A stretch of 64,000 bases of DNA from a virus (taxonomy: Duplodnaviria; Caudoviricetes), in IMG/VR virus record IMGVR_UViG_3300005805_000059, positions 26,047 through 90,046 of that record; one strand, 5' to 3'. Position numbers and translations under genes: made by a program. The notes under the pieces are model-generated. The model saw nothing but the letters and a program-made list of their open reading frames with translations. It did not search any database and was not told the origin of the DNA. Below, piece after piece: positions 19,449 to 30,162 of this stretch (positions are counted from its first letter, which is position 1; each line of letters begins with the position of its first letter).

Positions 19449-22400
19449 ACTCTTTGACTCCTAATTTGCTGGTTATCGATTGCCTTAATTTGAGTAATAA
19501 CTGCTCGTGCAATATCATTTGGATTACCATTTCCTGTCTCAACATTAACGCTGTAACTATTATACACTGTCTTGTTGTTTGGTGCAACAGGCTTTGACTC
19601 TATTCTGTCTGTTCGATACCGTGGCTGCATATCGTCAAATCTTGGTGGCTGATATGGAGGAATAATTTTAGATAGTGGGCTTCTAAAGTTACCACTATTT
19701 AAATCATTAAAGAATCCAGAACCAAACTTGTCCACAATCTTTTTACGCATTACAAATTCCCCAGGGGTAAGCATAGTAGGAACTGTGTCACTACCAAATG
19801 GCTTCATACCACCATTAGCCATATAGTTAATCATTCCACCCATTGCACTATAGTTTGGCTTAAACCCAGGATCCCATGTAGCATCTGTTTCATCATAAGG
19901 TGATTTCACCCACTTATTAGTGTCTAAATCCCAGTATGCAAGTTTTTCAGTTCCATCTTTATATTTAATTTTAATTGTTTGAACATGAGTATATGGTTCA
20001 ATCTGTTCCATTACCGCTGATGCAACATCATCTGGTAATCCAGTAGTTGGAACTTCATTTCCTCCAGGAACTCCAGTACTGCCACCACTTCCACCACCGC
20101 CATCACCACCAGAAGGAGGAAGAACAGCATCTGGTCCAAGAGCAATAATTGCTTTCATTGCGTCAAGTGCTGCTTGCATATCATCTTTAAACTTTTTACT
20201 TTGTGTTACAGCAAGTGCAGCCTTTGCTTCAATTTCAACCCAAGCATCTTTTGTTAATCCACCAACAGTAATAGAGTCATTGATTGCATCGTAGTGCTCT
20301 TGTGCTGCATCTCTTGCTGCTGTTGCTTTATCAACAATATCTTGATACTTATCAATTTGTGCCTGAATTGGTTCAATAACATCTTCATTGATTTGATAAA
20401 TTTGATCTTCAAGATCTCTAATCCTAAGAATAACATCTTCTTTTTGTTCTTCAAGATTATAAATAACATCTTGAATTGCACGAATTTGTGCTTGTTTAGC
20501 CTCTTGCTGTTCTTGTAAATCATAAATTCTATCTTGTATTGCAAGAATTTGTTTATCTACTGCTAGTTTTTGTTGTTCAAGTGCAAATGTTTCCTGACCA
20601 ATTTGAAATTGACGCTCTTCAATTTGTTCTCTTGTCATACCGCTTGCTGAACGGAGTGAGTCAAGTTCAAGTTGTCGTGCTGCAGCAAGCATACCAGACT
20701 GCTGTCCTTGTGCAAACTGTGCAGACTGTGCTCGTAAATCTTGTGCTGCTTGGGCTGCTGCAGATATATCACCTTGTGTTAATGCATCAGCAAGACTAAT
20801 TCTTGTCTTTTCTTGTGCAATAAGTTCATTATTGATTTCAGCAATCTTGTTAAGAGCCTCTTCTTGTTTATCATATTTTTCATTAATTGATTCTGCAGCC
20901 TTATCAAGAAGTGTTAAATCATTTGCAAGCCTTGTTGACTCTTCTTGTAAAGCCTTGATTGGTCTATCAAATTGTAATTCTGTTTGTCTTTGCAAATCAT
21001 TTATTTGCTCTTGCAAAACTTCAATAGGACGAGTAAATTGCATTTCAATATCTCGTTGCAAATCACTAATTTGTTCTTGATATGCTTGAATAGGACGGTC
21101 AAAATTAATTTCCATCTCTCTATTCATATCATCAATTGTTTCTTGAATTGCATCTACTTGATCTTGAGCATCTTGCATTTTTTCTTGTTCGGCTTCAATT
21201 AACTTATTGTATTTATCAATAGCCTCATTTTGTGCTTCTACTTCTTTATATGCACTTTGCATTGCTTTTAATGCATCGATGGTTGTCTGATCCATATTTT
21301 CTGTAATAGCACCGAGATCATCTATGTTTACCCCAGATTGTGCAATTTTTTCATAAGCATCAAATGTTTGATTTGCAGCAGATATACCAGCCTGTACAAG
21401 TTCATTTCTACCTTCTGGTGTTAACATTTTAATTTGTATTTGAAGTTCTGCGTCCTTAGCAGCATTATCAAGTGCTTGTTGAAGTTTTTCTTTATCTACA
21501 ACTGGTTGGTCAAGAATTAATTGTAATGCTTCACTATTTAAAATTGTATTAACTTGGTCTGGAGTTAATCCACCCAACTCTAATTGTGCTCTAGCAACAA
21601 GACTTGGAAGTTTCATTCTTTTTTCAAGATCTGCAGTTTCTTCATCAATTTGGATTTTAGCCATAGCAAGTGCTGCTTCATCTGCTGCTTTCTTGATAGC
21701 CTTTAATTCTTTATCTGTTAATTGCTTACCTGCAATCGCTGCTGCTAAGGTTTTATCTTCAAGAATTTTGTATGCATCTGCTGCTGACATACCAGCACCC
21801 ATAAGTTTGTTCATTGCAATGGTTGTATTTTTTACATCAGCAACTACTCTTTCTTGTGCCACAGAAAAGTCTCCAGCAGAAAGTTCGTCAAGAGTATCAC
21901 GAAGAGTCCTACCCTTATCACTTAATACTACTTTACCCTTCTTTGTTACCTTCATAAACTTTGCTCGTTGCTTTGGATCCATACCAGAAATTTGATTTAC
22001 AAAGTCTTCACTGTATCCTCGTCTTGTTAGTTGTTGTTCGATGCCTTCAAACTTTCCAACTTTACCAGGTTTGGCAACAAGTTTTTGCAATTCTTTCCAA
22101 GACAATGTTGCAGAAATAGTTGCATCACGAACTTGCTTAAGCCTATTAAGCAACTCACTAAGCATATCATCACCTGCACCAGCACCGCCATCTTTAGTAC
22201 CTTTATCTTTTGTACCGCCACCGCCATCTTTAGTGCCGTCACCAAACTTAATCTTGGTTGCTTCTGCAGCCATTTCTGCAGCAAGTTTGTTTCTTCCTTC
22301 TTGACTCTTGTATAAATCTAAAACATATCCACCACCAATACCAGCAGACTTTACCCTACTTGCAATTTCAGCATCAATTTGATCTTCAGTAATAGTTCTA

Positions 22401-25400
22401 TATACGCTAACAAAGTTTTGTACAGCATTTTTTTCAATATTATCTGGTAATGATTTAATATAGTCCCAAAAACCTTTTACGCTTTCCATAGCAGCACCTT
22501 GTTCTTTTGTAAGAACATTTAAAACTGCTTTTTTAGTTAATGGATCTGGCAGTTCTTCAATTTGTTGCAACCTAGATGCCAACTGCTCCAAAAACTTTAG
22601 TGCATTCTTTTTAGTTTTTAATATTACTTCAAGGCTGATGTCTTTACCTGCAAGTTCTTGAATTAGTGTAATAGAAGAAGCAATTTGATCAAACTCTTCT
22701 GGATTCTTTTGAGAAATTCCAACAAGCAAATCTTTTGCAAGTTTTTTATTTTTAAAACCACCAAGAAGATTTGTTAATTGTCCAATTTTATCCATACCAT
22801 GTGTTTTAACTCCAAGGTTTAAAACTTTATTTAATGCTTTGCCATCTTCACCAAAAGTATTTAATAAGTTAGTAACTGCTTGTGGATCAATTATTCCAGA
22901 AGCCATCATAGTATTAAGTGTTACCTCAATTTTTTGTGCCTTTTTCCCATCAATGTTAGTTAAAGTTTCTTGTAACTTACTTGTTTTTCCTAATGCTTCA
23001 TCTAAGAATAAGCCTAAAGGACTATCTTTCCATTTATTTCTAACCTGATCTTCAAGACTATCAAAAAATGCTGTAACTGCACCTCCACCTGGTAAAAGTT
23101 GGTTAGATTGTGCTTGAGCAGCATTAAAAGCCTTTAAAGTTGTTTTAAGTGTATTTTGCATTTCATCTCTAATTGCTTGTTCTTGACTAGCAGACTTTTC
23201 TTTTAATTTTAATATTTGTTCTTCAATTTGTTTTCTTTGTTCTGCAGTTGTGGCATTTTGCAATTGTATATTTAATTGTTTTAATTGTTCATCATTTTGT
23301 AATTTTAAAGAGTCTAACTGTGCCTGTGCTAATTCAATATTTTGTGCAGATTGTGCAGAAATAAAAGCAAATCTATCCATCAACCCTTGATCAAATACAG
23401 ACTGAATAGCAGCACCAAAATCTCCTTGACTAAACTTATCAATATATTGTTTTTGTTCGTCTAGAGCACTCTGCAAAGCATTAGACATTGTTCCTTGTCC
23501 AGATTCAATAATGTCAAGTCTTACCTGCAATGGGTCTTGTTCAAGTCTTTCTCCATTTGGACCTATAATTGTTGTCAATTGTCCACGAATTTGTGCAGAT
23601 ACTGACATATTATTAAGATCTCTACCAATTTGATCTGCAATACTTGTTGCTTGTTCTGCAGTTAAAACACCATCAGCAACATATGCAGATAATTCTGTAG
23701 CAAGCATAGTTGCTGCTTCACCTGCACCTCTATCTTTCATATTTTGTACAAATGAATCAACAATTCCTTTACCAACTTCAGACTCTACAAACTTAGTACC
23801 AAATTGACGACCTTTACGATCTGTTTTGTCGCCATACATATTAAAGCCAGTTTGATCTTTTCTACGCCGAGCCATAATTTCAGAAGCCCCGACTTTGCCA
23901 GTAATTTCACCAATAGCCTTCATCTTTTCAGTTGTTGCATTCGTTGCATCAACATTTCTAGATATAGCCTCTGCTTGTTCTTTTTGCTTATTATTTAAGT
24001 ACCAAAGACTTCCAGCAAAAGCAGCAAGTGCTACACCTGCTAAAACCCAGGGGTTCATCAACATAGGAATCATTGGACCAATCATAGACAGTGCCATTAA
24101 TGGACCCATAATTTTATTAGCAATTTCTCCTGCAGGTCCACCAACCATAGAAGCCATCATTGCTACTGATGAGGCTGCTGCAGCAGCACCACCAACCCTT
24201 GCACCCATTTGTGCCATTGCAAACTTTCGTTCTTCTGCAGTTGCATTTCTAAATGATGCAATCTTTTCTCTTAACTTAGCACCTAAAGTTTGTTTTTGTG
24301 TTGCAAGTTGTGCATTCTTAATTGCAAGTTCTTGTTGTGCAAGATCTGCTAAAAGTTTTTCTCTTACAGCACTATTCTTAACATTATTAAGAATATATTG
24401 TCTTTGAGCATTAATTTGACTTAACTTATTATTTAAAAGTTCTTGCCCTACCGCCTCCTTATTAGAAGCATTTACAAGGCGTTTTTTAATTAGAATTTCT
24501 TCTTGTTGAAGTTTTTGTAATTGTCGTCTAAATGATTTATCAATTGCAGTTACTTGTGATGGATCCTTACCATAAAGACTCATAGCACTTTGCATAGATG
24601 CTTTTGGAAATGCCATTTGAGATGGTGTACTTGCTGCACCTGCAGCAGCATCACCAAGAGTTGCTCCTGCATTAGTAACCTCATCAAGTTTATCTGTCAT
24701 ACCAAGAATAAGACCATCAGCAATATCGTTACCAGTTCTTTTTGTGCGTCTTGATGGAGATTTAACTTCGGCTTCAACTTCACCAGCCGTAATTCCACTA
24801 TCTACAACATTTGTCATTGCTGCATCTATTTCTTCTTGATTTTGTACAATTCCTTCTTTTACGCCCTGTGTTAATGCATCACCTAATTGAACACCCCGCA
24901 GTTTTGCCACATCTATGTCTTTTTGATCTACTATTGTTGCAATAGTTCCTTGAGCACCAGATGAACCAGATATCCTTGCATCATTTTGAGTAGCAAGATA
25001 ACTATTTTCTAAAAGATCGCTTGTGTCAATGTTTACATCTGGACGATTACCAATTTCAATAAGTTTTTCTCGTATTTCTTCTTTAGGCATTCCGCTAGTT
25101 CCAGAAGTAATACCACCTCTAAATTCTGCAATTTGTTTTGCAGCACTATCTATAACATCTGCAAATTGTTGAACACTAACTCCAGTTTCTCTTTGAATTC
25201 TTGCTAATTCTTCTGTTTGTGTTGCAACTTCATTTATAGAATCTTGGAACACTTCTTCCATAATGACAGTTTTGCTTTGTACCTCTGGAGATAATTGATC
25301 AAATTCTGCTTGTGAATCTACTATATTTGTTTTACCTGCTGCTGCTAAATCTTGTAACTTTTTCTGCATTACACTATCAAGAAGATCCCAGTATTGTTTC

Positions 25401-28276
25401 ATTGATTCATAACTACCCTTTTGAGTAGACTCTGCCATTTGTTTAAATTTTTCAGAACCTCTCATTGCAGCATCAGCAATTAACTTATTTAAGTCTGCAC
25501 CTGAACCAGCCATTTTTCTATTAATTTCAGCAGTAGATGTAATTCCTAGTTTACTTTTTGCTCTTATGTTTATAGGATTAAATCCATGTTCTTGTTCAAA
25601 GATATCTGAAATAGTTGCAACTTTTTGTAGTTTTGCAATTCTTCCTTCGCCTCGTACATCTACCATTTCACCAGAAAGTGCTTGTCTTGGTGTCATTACA
25701 TTTATACCAGAGCCTATATGTGTGAATTCTTTTTGCTGTAACTTTGCTTCTCCTGTTGCACCTAATCGTCCTCTTTTTTCTTCAAACAAGCCCTTAAACT
25801 CTGCAGCGTTAATTGTTTCTTGTTGTGCAGTTTGTGTTGCTTCTCTTGCAATATCAATAACATCATTAACAAACTGTTCTCTTTCTTTTTGATCTGTAAT
25901 AATCTTGCTTGCAAAAATATCTTTTAATACAACTCCAAGTGTTGCTGCTGGAGTTTTTACTCTTCCGCTTACATTTGTCGTCTGAAAGTCCTGAAGAACT
26001 TTTTCTAACTCCAACAATTCTGTCTGTTGCTGTGGAGTTACATTTCCTTGTATAGATGGTCTTGCTAAAATTGCTGCCATACCGCCATTGTACCCAGGCA
26101 AATTACCAGCAATCATTGCCTCAATAAATGGAGCATATTTTTTAGCCATCTCTTTTGGAATGACTGCTTCACCAGGAGTCAGCAATGCGGGAACTGTATC
26201 TTGATTTCCTTTTCCTGGTACACTAAACGCACCTGAAGCGTATTTAAATACATTTCCTACCATTCCACCTTTATTGAATTTACGAGGTGCTACTTTAGGT
26301 GGCAAGAAAGCACCAGGATTTGCTGATGCAAAATTTCTACCTGCAATATTTGCTTGTTCATAAGCCTGTCGCAACTTATCAACGGCACTTGCTTCAATTG
26401 TAAATACTTGTGTTAAGTTAGAATGTGCTTGATCAAGTGATGCAGCAACCGTCTGTGCTTCAATTTGTTCTGAAGTCATATAGTTTGTTTGTAGACCAAG
26501 AATCTTAGATTGACCAGTTAGTGCATAATATCCATCTTTTAGTTTTAGAATAAACTTAATTGCATTTGCAATACCGTTGGCTACAAGACCGAAAGCCATA
26601 AGAGCAACAGGAGCAATACCACCAACAACTGTAATGATGGTTGTAATTGTTGACTTAACTCCGTCACTAAGTCCATTAAATCTATCAAGTAGTCCTGTAA
26701 TAAAGTCGACAATAGGTGTAAGAATTTTTAGGAACTGTTCTCCAACTGGTGCAAGTGCTGCTTGCATTTTTTCTACTGCTGCAGTAAACTTAACACCCAT
26801 TGAATCTTCTACAGCACCCAATTCTCGTTCTGCCAAAATTGCAAGTTCTTCTGTTGACTTACCAGCCAAATCTAGAACGGTAGCAGCCTGAGATCCATCT
26901 TTGATAACATTCTGAAAAAGAGTTGATAGACGAGAAAATTGGAACTTACCAAATAGTTGTTCAATTGCTCTTGCTCTATTTAATGGATCAAGTTGGTCAA
27001 GTGATTGTGCAAATTCTACAACTAAGCCTTTAAGATTACCCTTGTTTCTTTGAACAATTGCCTCAATATTAATACCAAAACCTTTAAGAAAATCTGATGC
27101 TGTTTTGGTTGGATTAATAAGAGATGCAAGACCAGACTTTAAAGCGTTAGCACCTTCAGATGCGTTAATACCGCCCTCTTTCATAGCAGTAAGGAAGAAG
27201 GCTAAGTCTCTTACATCGCCTCCGAGTTGTTTAACAACTGGACCTGCTTTTGGAACTGCAATAGTTAAATCTTCAATTGCAGTAATAGTTTGGTTTTCAA
27301 CTGCGTTCAAAAAGTTAATATCTGTAGCAAGATCTTGTGCTGCTACACCAAAAGCATTTGTAAGAGTAATTGTTGTTTGAAGTGCTTCACTTTGTTCTAC
27401 CTGACCAAGAACTGCAAGTCGTGTTGCCTGTGCAACTTGTGCAGTAAGTTCAGCACCTTGCTTACCCATTGCTGCTGCTTCTGCAGCCATATTCATAGTA
27501 TCAACAATTGCTACACCGTATTTAGTAAACTCTTGAGCAAGAAGTCTAATATCTGTTAATGCTGTTTCTGTTTCTACAGGACTTGTCATTAAATCACCAT
27601 AAACTCTGCGGAACTTAACAGCAGCCTTTTCAATTTCCATAAATGATTTAACTGCAACAGAACCCATCATAGACAATGGAACAGTAAAACCAACCATCAA
27701 CTGACGACCAGCCCATTGTGTATTCTTACCAAAATTCAAAAGTTGTGTTGAACCCTGCTTCAAAAGTTCATTAAATATTTGTTGCTTTTGTGCAGAAACC
27801 ATTAGTCTTGTGGTGTAATTATTTAAATCAACCATATTTGGTGTGACAGCAATAGCCTTCATTGCACCTTGTGCATCACGACCCAATTTAATATACTGAG
27901 TTTGAAGTTTTCTTACACGATCAATTGCTGTCTTCTCAATTGTATTCATTTCAGTTGAGAATAACTTGCCAAATGTTTTTGTTGCACCGCCAGCATATCT
28001 AAAATACTGACCCATAGTCAGTTTATTTTTTTCAAGAGCAGTTGTAAAAGATTCTGAAGCAGTCTGAATGCCAACAATTCTGGCTTCAAATGCACCAGTA
28101 GCATTAATAGAGTTTACAAGGTTACGCTGCATATTCTGTGCAGCAGCAGCAGCAGTAGCACTGCCTTTATTGATTGATGTATAGAAGAGTGATATCTCTC
28201 GTTGAAGCCTTTTTATTTCTGCAAGGGCTTCAGAGGAGTCAATATTAATATTAATATTGGCATTGACATCACTCAT
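19445..28276 (-). CDS. Tail tape measure protein, 2943 aa
   Basis: TP901-type core near N-terminus (AGRQLMVGFTVPL, EGANALKS), hydrophobic segments, long coiled coil; follows tail chaperones. Confidence 0.93.
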   Translation of the reverse strand: MSDVNANININIDSSEALAEIKRLQREISLFYTSINKGSATAAAAAQNMQRNLVNSINATGAFEARIVGIQTASESFTTALEKNKLTMGQYFRYAGGATKTFGKLFSTEMNTIEKTAIDRVRKLQTQYIKLGRDAQGAMKAIAVTPNMVDLNNYTTRLMVSAQKQQIFNELLKQGSTQLLNFGKNTQWAGRQLMVGFTVPLSMMGSVAVKSFMEIEKAAVKFRRVYGDLMTSPVETETALTDIRLLAQEFTKYGVAIVDTMNMAAEAAAMGKQGAELTAQVAQATRLAVLGQVEQSEALQTTITLTNAFGVAAQDLATDINFLNAVENQTITAIEDLTIAVPKAGPVVKQLGGDVRDLAFFLTAMKEGGINASEGANALKSGLASLINPTKTASDFLKGFGINIEAIVQRNKGNLKGLVVEFAQSLDQLDPLNRARAIEQLFGKFQFSRLSTLFQNVIKDGSQAATVLDLAGKSTEELAILAERELGAVEDSMGVKFTAAVEKMQAALAPVGEQFLKILTPIVDFITGLLDRFNGLSDGVKSTITTIITVVGGIAPVALMAFGLVANGIANAIKFILKLKDGYYALTGQSKILGLQTNYMTSEQIEAQTVAASLDQAHSNLTQVFTIEASAVDKLRQAYEQANIAGRNFASANPGAFLPPKVAPRKFNKGGMVGNVFKYASGAFSVPGKGNQDTVPALLTPGEAVIPKEMAKKYAPFIEAMIAGNLPGYNGGMAAILARPSIQGNVTPQQQTELLELEKVLQDFQTTNVSGRVKTPAATLGVVLKDIFASKIITDQKEREQFVNDVIDIAREATQTAQQETINAAEFKGLFEEKRGRLGATGEAKLQQKEFTHIGSGINVMTPRQALSGEMVDVRGEGRIAKLQKVATISDIFEQEHGFNPINIRAKSKLGITSTAEINRKMAGSGADLNKLIADAAMRGSEKFKQMAESTQKGSYESMKQYWDLLDSVMQKKLQDLAAAGKTNIVDSQAEFDQLSPEVQSKTVIMEEVFQDSINEVATQTEELARIQRETGVSVQQFADVIDSAAKQIAEFRGGITSGTSGMPKEEIREKLIEIGNRPDVNIDTSDLLENSYLATQNDARISGSSGAQGTIATIVDQKDIDVAKLRGVQLGDALTQGVKEGIVQNQEEIDAAMTNVVDSGITAGEVEAEVKSPSRRTKRTGNDIADGLILGMTDKLDEVTNAGATLGDAAAGAASTPSQMAFPKASMQSAMSLYGKDPSQVTAIDKSFRRQLQKLQQEEILIKKRLVNASNKEAVGQELLNNKLSQINAQRQYILNNVKNSAVREKLLADLAQQELAIKNAQLATQKQTLGAKLREKIASFRNATAEERKFAMAQMGARVGGAAAAASSVAMMASMVGGPAGEIANKIMGPLMALSMIGPMIPMLMNPWVLAGVALAAFAGSLWYLNNKQKEQAEAISRNVDATNATTEKMKAIGEITGKVGASEIMARRRKDQTGFNMYGDKTDRKGRQFGTKFVESEVGKGIVDSFVQNMKDRGAGEAATMLATELSAYVADGVLTAEQATSIADQIGRDLNNMSVSAQIRGQLTTIIGPNGERLEQDPLQVRLDIIESGQGTMSNALQSALDEQKQYIDKFSQGDFGAAIQSVFDQGLMDRFAFISAQSAQNIELAQAQLDSLKLQNDEQLKQLNIQLQNATTAEQRKQIEEQILKLKEKSASQEQAIRDEMQNTLKTTLKAFNAAQAQSNQLLPGGGAVTAFFDSLEDQVRNKWKDSPLGLFLDEALGKTSKLQETLTNIDGKKAQKIEVTLNTMMASGIIDPQAVTNLLNTFGEDGKALNKVLNLGVKTHGMDKIGQLTNLLGGFKNKKLAKDLLVGISQKNPEEFDQIASSITLIQELAGKDISLEVILKTKKNALKFLEQLASRLQQIEELPDPLTKKAVLNVLTKEQGAAMESVKGFWDYIKSLPDNIEKNAVQNFVSVYRTITEDQIDAEIASRVKSAGIGGGYVLDLYKSQEGRNKLAAEMAAEATKIKFGDGTKDGGGGTKDKGTKDGGAGAGDDMLSELLNRLKQVRDATISATLSWKELQKLVAKPGKVGKFEGIEQQLTRRGYSEDFVNQISGMDPKQRAKFMKVTKKGKVVLSDKGRTLRDTLDELSAGDFSVAQERVVADVKNTTIAMNKLMGAGMSAADAYKILEDKTLAAAIAGKQLTDKELKAIKKAADEAALAMAKIQIDEETADLEKRMKLPSLVARAQLELGGLTPDQVNTILNSEALQLILDQPVVDKEKLQQALDNAAKDAELQIQIKMLTPEGRNELVQAGISAANQTFDAYEKIAQSGVNIDDLGAITENMDQTTIDALKAMQSAYKEVEAQNEAIDKYNKLIEAEQEKMQDAQDQVDAIQETIDDMNREMEINFDRPIQAYQEQISDLQRDIEMQFTRPIEVLQEQINDLQRQTELQFDRPIKALQEESTRLANDLTLLDKAAESINEKYDKQEEALNKIAEINNELIAQEKTRISLADALTQGDISAAAQAAQDLRAQSAQFAQGQQSGMLAAARQLELDSLRSASGMTREQIEERQFQIGQETFALEQQKLAVDKQILAIQDRIYDLQEQQEAKQAQIRAIQDVIYNLEEQKEDVILRIRDLEDQIYQINEDVIEPIQAQIDKYQDIVDKATAARDAAQEHYDAINDSITVGGLTKDAWVEIEAKAALAVTQSKKFKDDMQAALDAMKAIIALGPDAVLPPSGGDGGGGSGGSTGVPGGNEVPTTGLPDDVASAVMEQIEPYTHVQTIKIKYKDGTEKLAYWDLDTNKWVKSPYDETDATWDPGFKPNYSAMGGMINYMANGGMKPFGSDTVPTMLTPGEFVMRKKIVDKFGSGFFNDLNSGNFRSPLSKIIPPYQPPRFDDMQPRYRTDRIESKPVAPNNKTVYNSYSVNVETGNGNPNDIARAVITQIKAIDNQQIRSQRV

Positions 28277-28296
28277 TCATATACACCTACCTTAAA

Positions 28297-28605
28297 TTAA
28301 ATAAGACCTTTTTCACCAAGTTGTACACCTGATGCTGCTTCCACAATCTTATAGACTGTAGGAAGGTCAATATTATCCTCCAATGCAACAAGATTTTCTG
28401 CTAAGTCTGGAGAGTATTGTTGCATTGCAATTCCAACACATTCCATAAGTACACTCATAGACTTTTCATTGTTATCCGCTACCTTTGAAATTTCTTCAAA
28501 TTTCTTCATAAATGGTTTTAGCAATGAAATTTTGAGAGGTCGCAACTCAATTTTTGTACCGTCAATAAGTTGTACGACTTCGGTTTCGTGCTTAGTTGTT
28601 GCCAT
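28297..28605 (-). CDS. Tail assembly chaperone, gpG-like
   Basis: Between major tail and tape measure; paralog of N-terminus of 28639..29364. Confidence 0.7.
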   Translation of the reverse strand: MATTKHETEVVQLIDGTKIELRPLKISLLKPFMKKFEEISKVADNNEKSMSVLMECVGIAMQQYSPDLAENLVALEDNIDLPTVYKIVEAASGVQLGEKGLI

Positions 28606-28638
28606 ATTTTTCCTCCTATATAGGCTGTATTAATTATA

Positions 28639-29364
28639 TCATACCGTGTCCGATTTTGTGGGTAATTGGTTATCATAATCAAGCCCAAAACCAATACCAA
28701 ATCCAGCCTTTTGAGCAGTAACTCCTTGTAAACTTAATATGTCGTCTGGATCGCTAGTAGCACCTTTACTAAACACTCTAGCCTTCATTTCTTCCCATTT
28801 ATTTTGTGCAGACTCTTTGTTCCCTTTATCAAGATCTACACCTTGAAGTGCTGCTAAAAATTTCTTTTCATTATACTCTAGTTCTCTTTTACTAGATAAA
28901 ATAGCAAGTAATTCTGTTAAAGACAGGTTAGTTTCAAGTTCTTCAAAATCAGACCATTTACCAATAATGAATACCTCTGCTTCTAAGACAGCCAAATCTA
29001 GATCGTCCCACCCATTACCTTTTTGTTGTGATCTAGACTCTTGTATATCTGGATCTCCATTTGGGTCTTTTTTTAATTTTAGTCCCGCCCCATATTCTAG
29101 TAAATCATAAAGTGTATCCATATCAAAATTATCCTCAACATCTGCTATTGTTTTTATTTTGTCTGGCAAAAATTGTTGCATAGACTCATAGGCACAGGCT
29201 ATGAATATGTCTAATGACTCTTCATTTGACAATGCTTTTGTAGCATCTCTATCATGAAATATGTCCATTACTTTACGAAGATACTTTAATTTTAACGGCT
29301 TAATCTCTATTTGAGTACCGTCAATTAATGATATAATTTTGGTTTTATAAACTTGTGTAGCCAC
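28639..29364 (-). CDS. Tail assembly chaperone, gpGT-like in-frame fusion
   Basis: N-terminal ~100 aa align with 28297..28605, plus ~140-aa C-terminal extension. Confidence 0.7.
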   Translation of the reverse strand: MATQVYKTKIISLIDGTQIEIKPLKLKYLRKVMDIFHDRDATKALSNEESLDIFIACAYESMQQFLPDKIKTIADVEDNFDMDTLYDLLEYGAGLKLKKDPNGDPDIQESRSQQKGNGWDDLDLAVLEAEVFIIGKWSDFEELETNLSLTELLAILSSKRELEYNEKKFLAALQGVDLDKGNKESAQNKWEEMKARVFSKGATSDPDDILSLQGVTAQKAGFGIGFGLDYDNQLPTKSDTV

Positions 29365-29392
29365 GCTTCTCCTATTTGTACTATTTTACCAT

Positions 29393-29426
29393 AAAACAAT
29401 GCCCCCCAGAGTATGGGAGGCATTGC
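29393..29426 (-). terminator. Intrinsic terminator after major tail gene
   Basis: GCAAUGCCUCCC-loop-GGGGGGCAUUGU then UUU. Confidence 0.75.
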
Positions 29427-29447
29427 ACCAAGGTAGCGTAACCTTAA

Positions 29448-30092
29448 TTATGAGAGCGATGTTGTTGATCGGTCAATGATCTTACCATAAGAACCTGAAG
29501 TATCTTCTGGAAGTAGACGGAACGAAACTTCGAACATCGTTGCTTCATCACGCTTTGCAGATACAGTAACATTCTCAATTGACAATGCACGATATGCTAC
29601 ATAAACACGCTCAAATTCGGATGAGTTTGCACAGTCGCCTGTTCCTGGACCTACAGCCACAAGACCACGCTCAACTGGACATTCACCGAGTTCACCTGCT
29701 GAGAGATTTAGAACCTCACCTGCAGACAATTCACGATCACCACTTCGTTGATTGTCATTGTATGCCAACGCAACAAGAAGGTTTTCAAGTGTTGCTTCTG
29801 CGAAAGCAGTAGCCAAGTTCACCTGCATACCTTGCTTGAAAAGTTTAGCCACATCCAACAATTGGTCAACCTGCACCTCACCAAAATCTGGCTGGAACTG
29901 AAGTTCAAGACCGTTCATTGTATAACCAACATTGCGGAAATTTGCTGCGTAATCACCACCAAGATCAAGAGTTGTCTTAACTGATTCTCCTGCCTTAATG
30001 ATATCGCTATCTCCATCAAGGATGTCATCTGCAACAAACATTGCAGCAGCACCCACGATGATATTCTTCGATTCACCACGCTTATATGCCAT
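29448..30092 (-). CDS. Major tail protein
   Basis: GYTMNGLELQFQPD, VYVAYRALSIENVTV..FEVSFRLLP; RBS GAGGTG, own promoter and terminator. Confidence 0.8.
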   Translation of the reverse strand: MAYKRGESKNIIVGAAAMFVADDILDGDSDIIKAGESVKTTLDLGGDYAANFRNVGYTMNGLELQFQPDFGEVQVDQLLDVAKLFKQGMQVNLATAFAEATLENLLVALAYNDNQRSGDRELSAGEVLNLSAGELGECPVERGLVAVGPGTGDCANSSEFERVYVAYRALSIENVTVSAKRDEATMFEVSFRLLPEDTSGSYGKIIDRSTTSLS

Positions 30093-30162
30093 AATTTTCA
30101 CCTCTTCTTTCGATTATGAAATTATAGGGCTTTGTTTCCTCACCCTAAGTATATCATTATTT

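Noticed and set aside
19980-21300. Repetitive Q/E-rich stretch in the tape measure as a separate repeat element
   Set aside because: Explained by coiled-coil periodicity normal for TMPs
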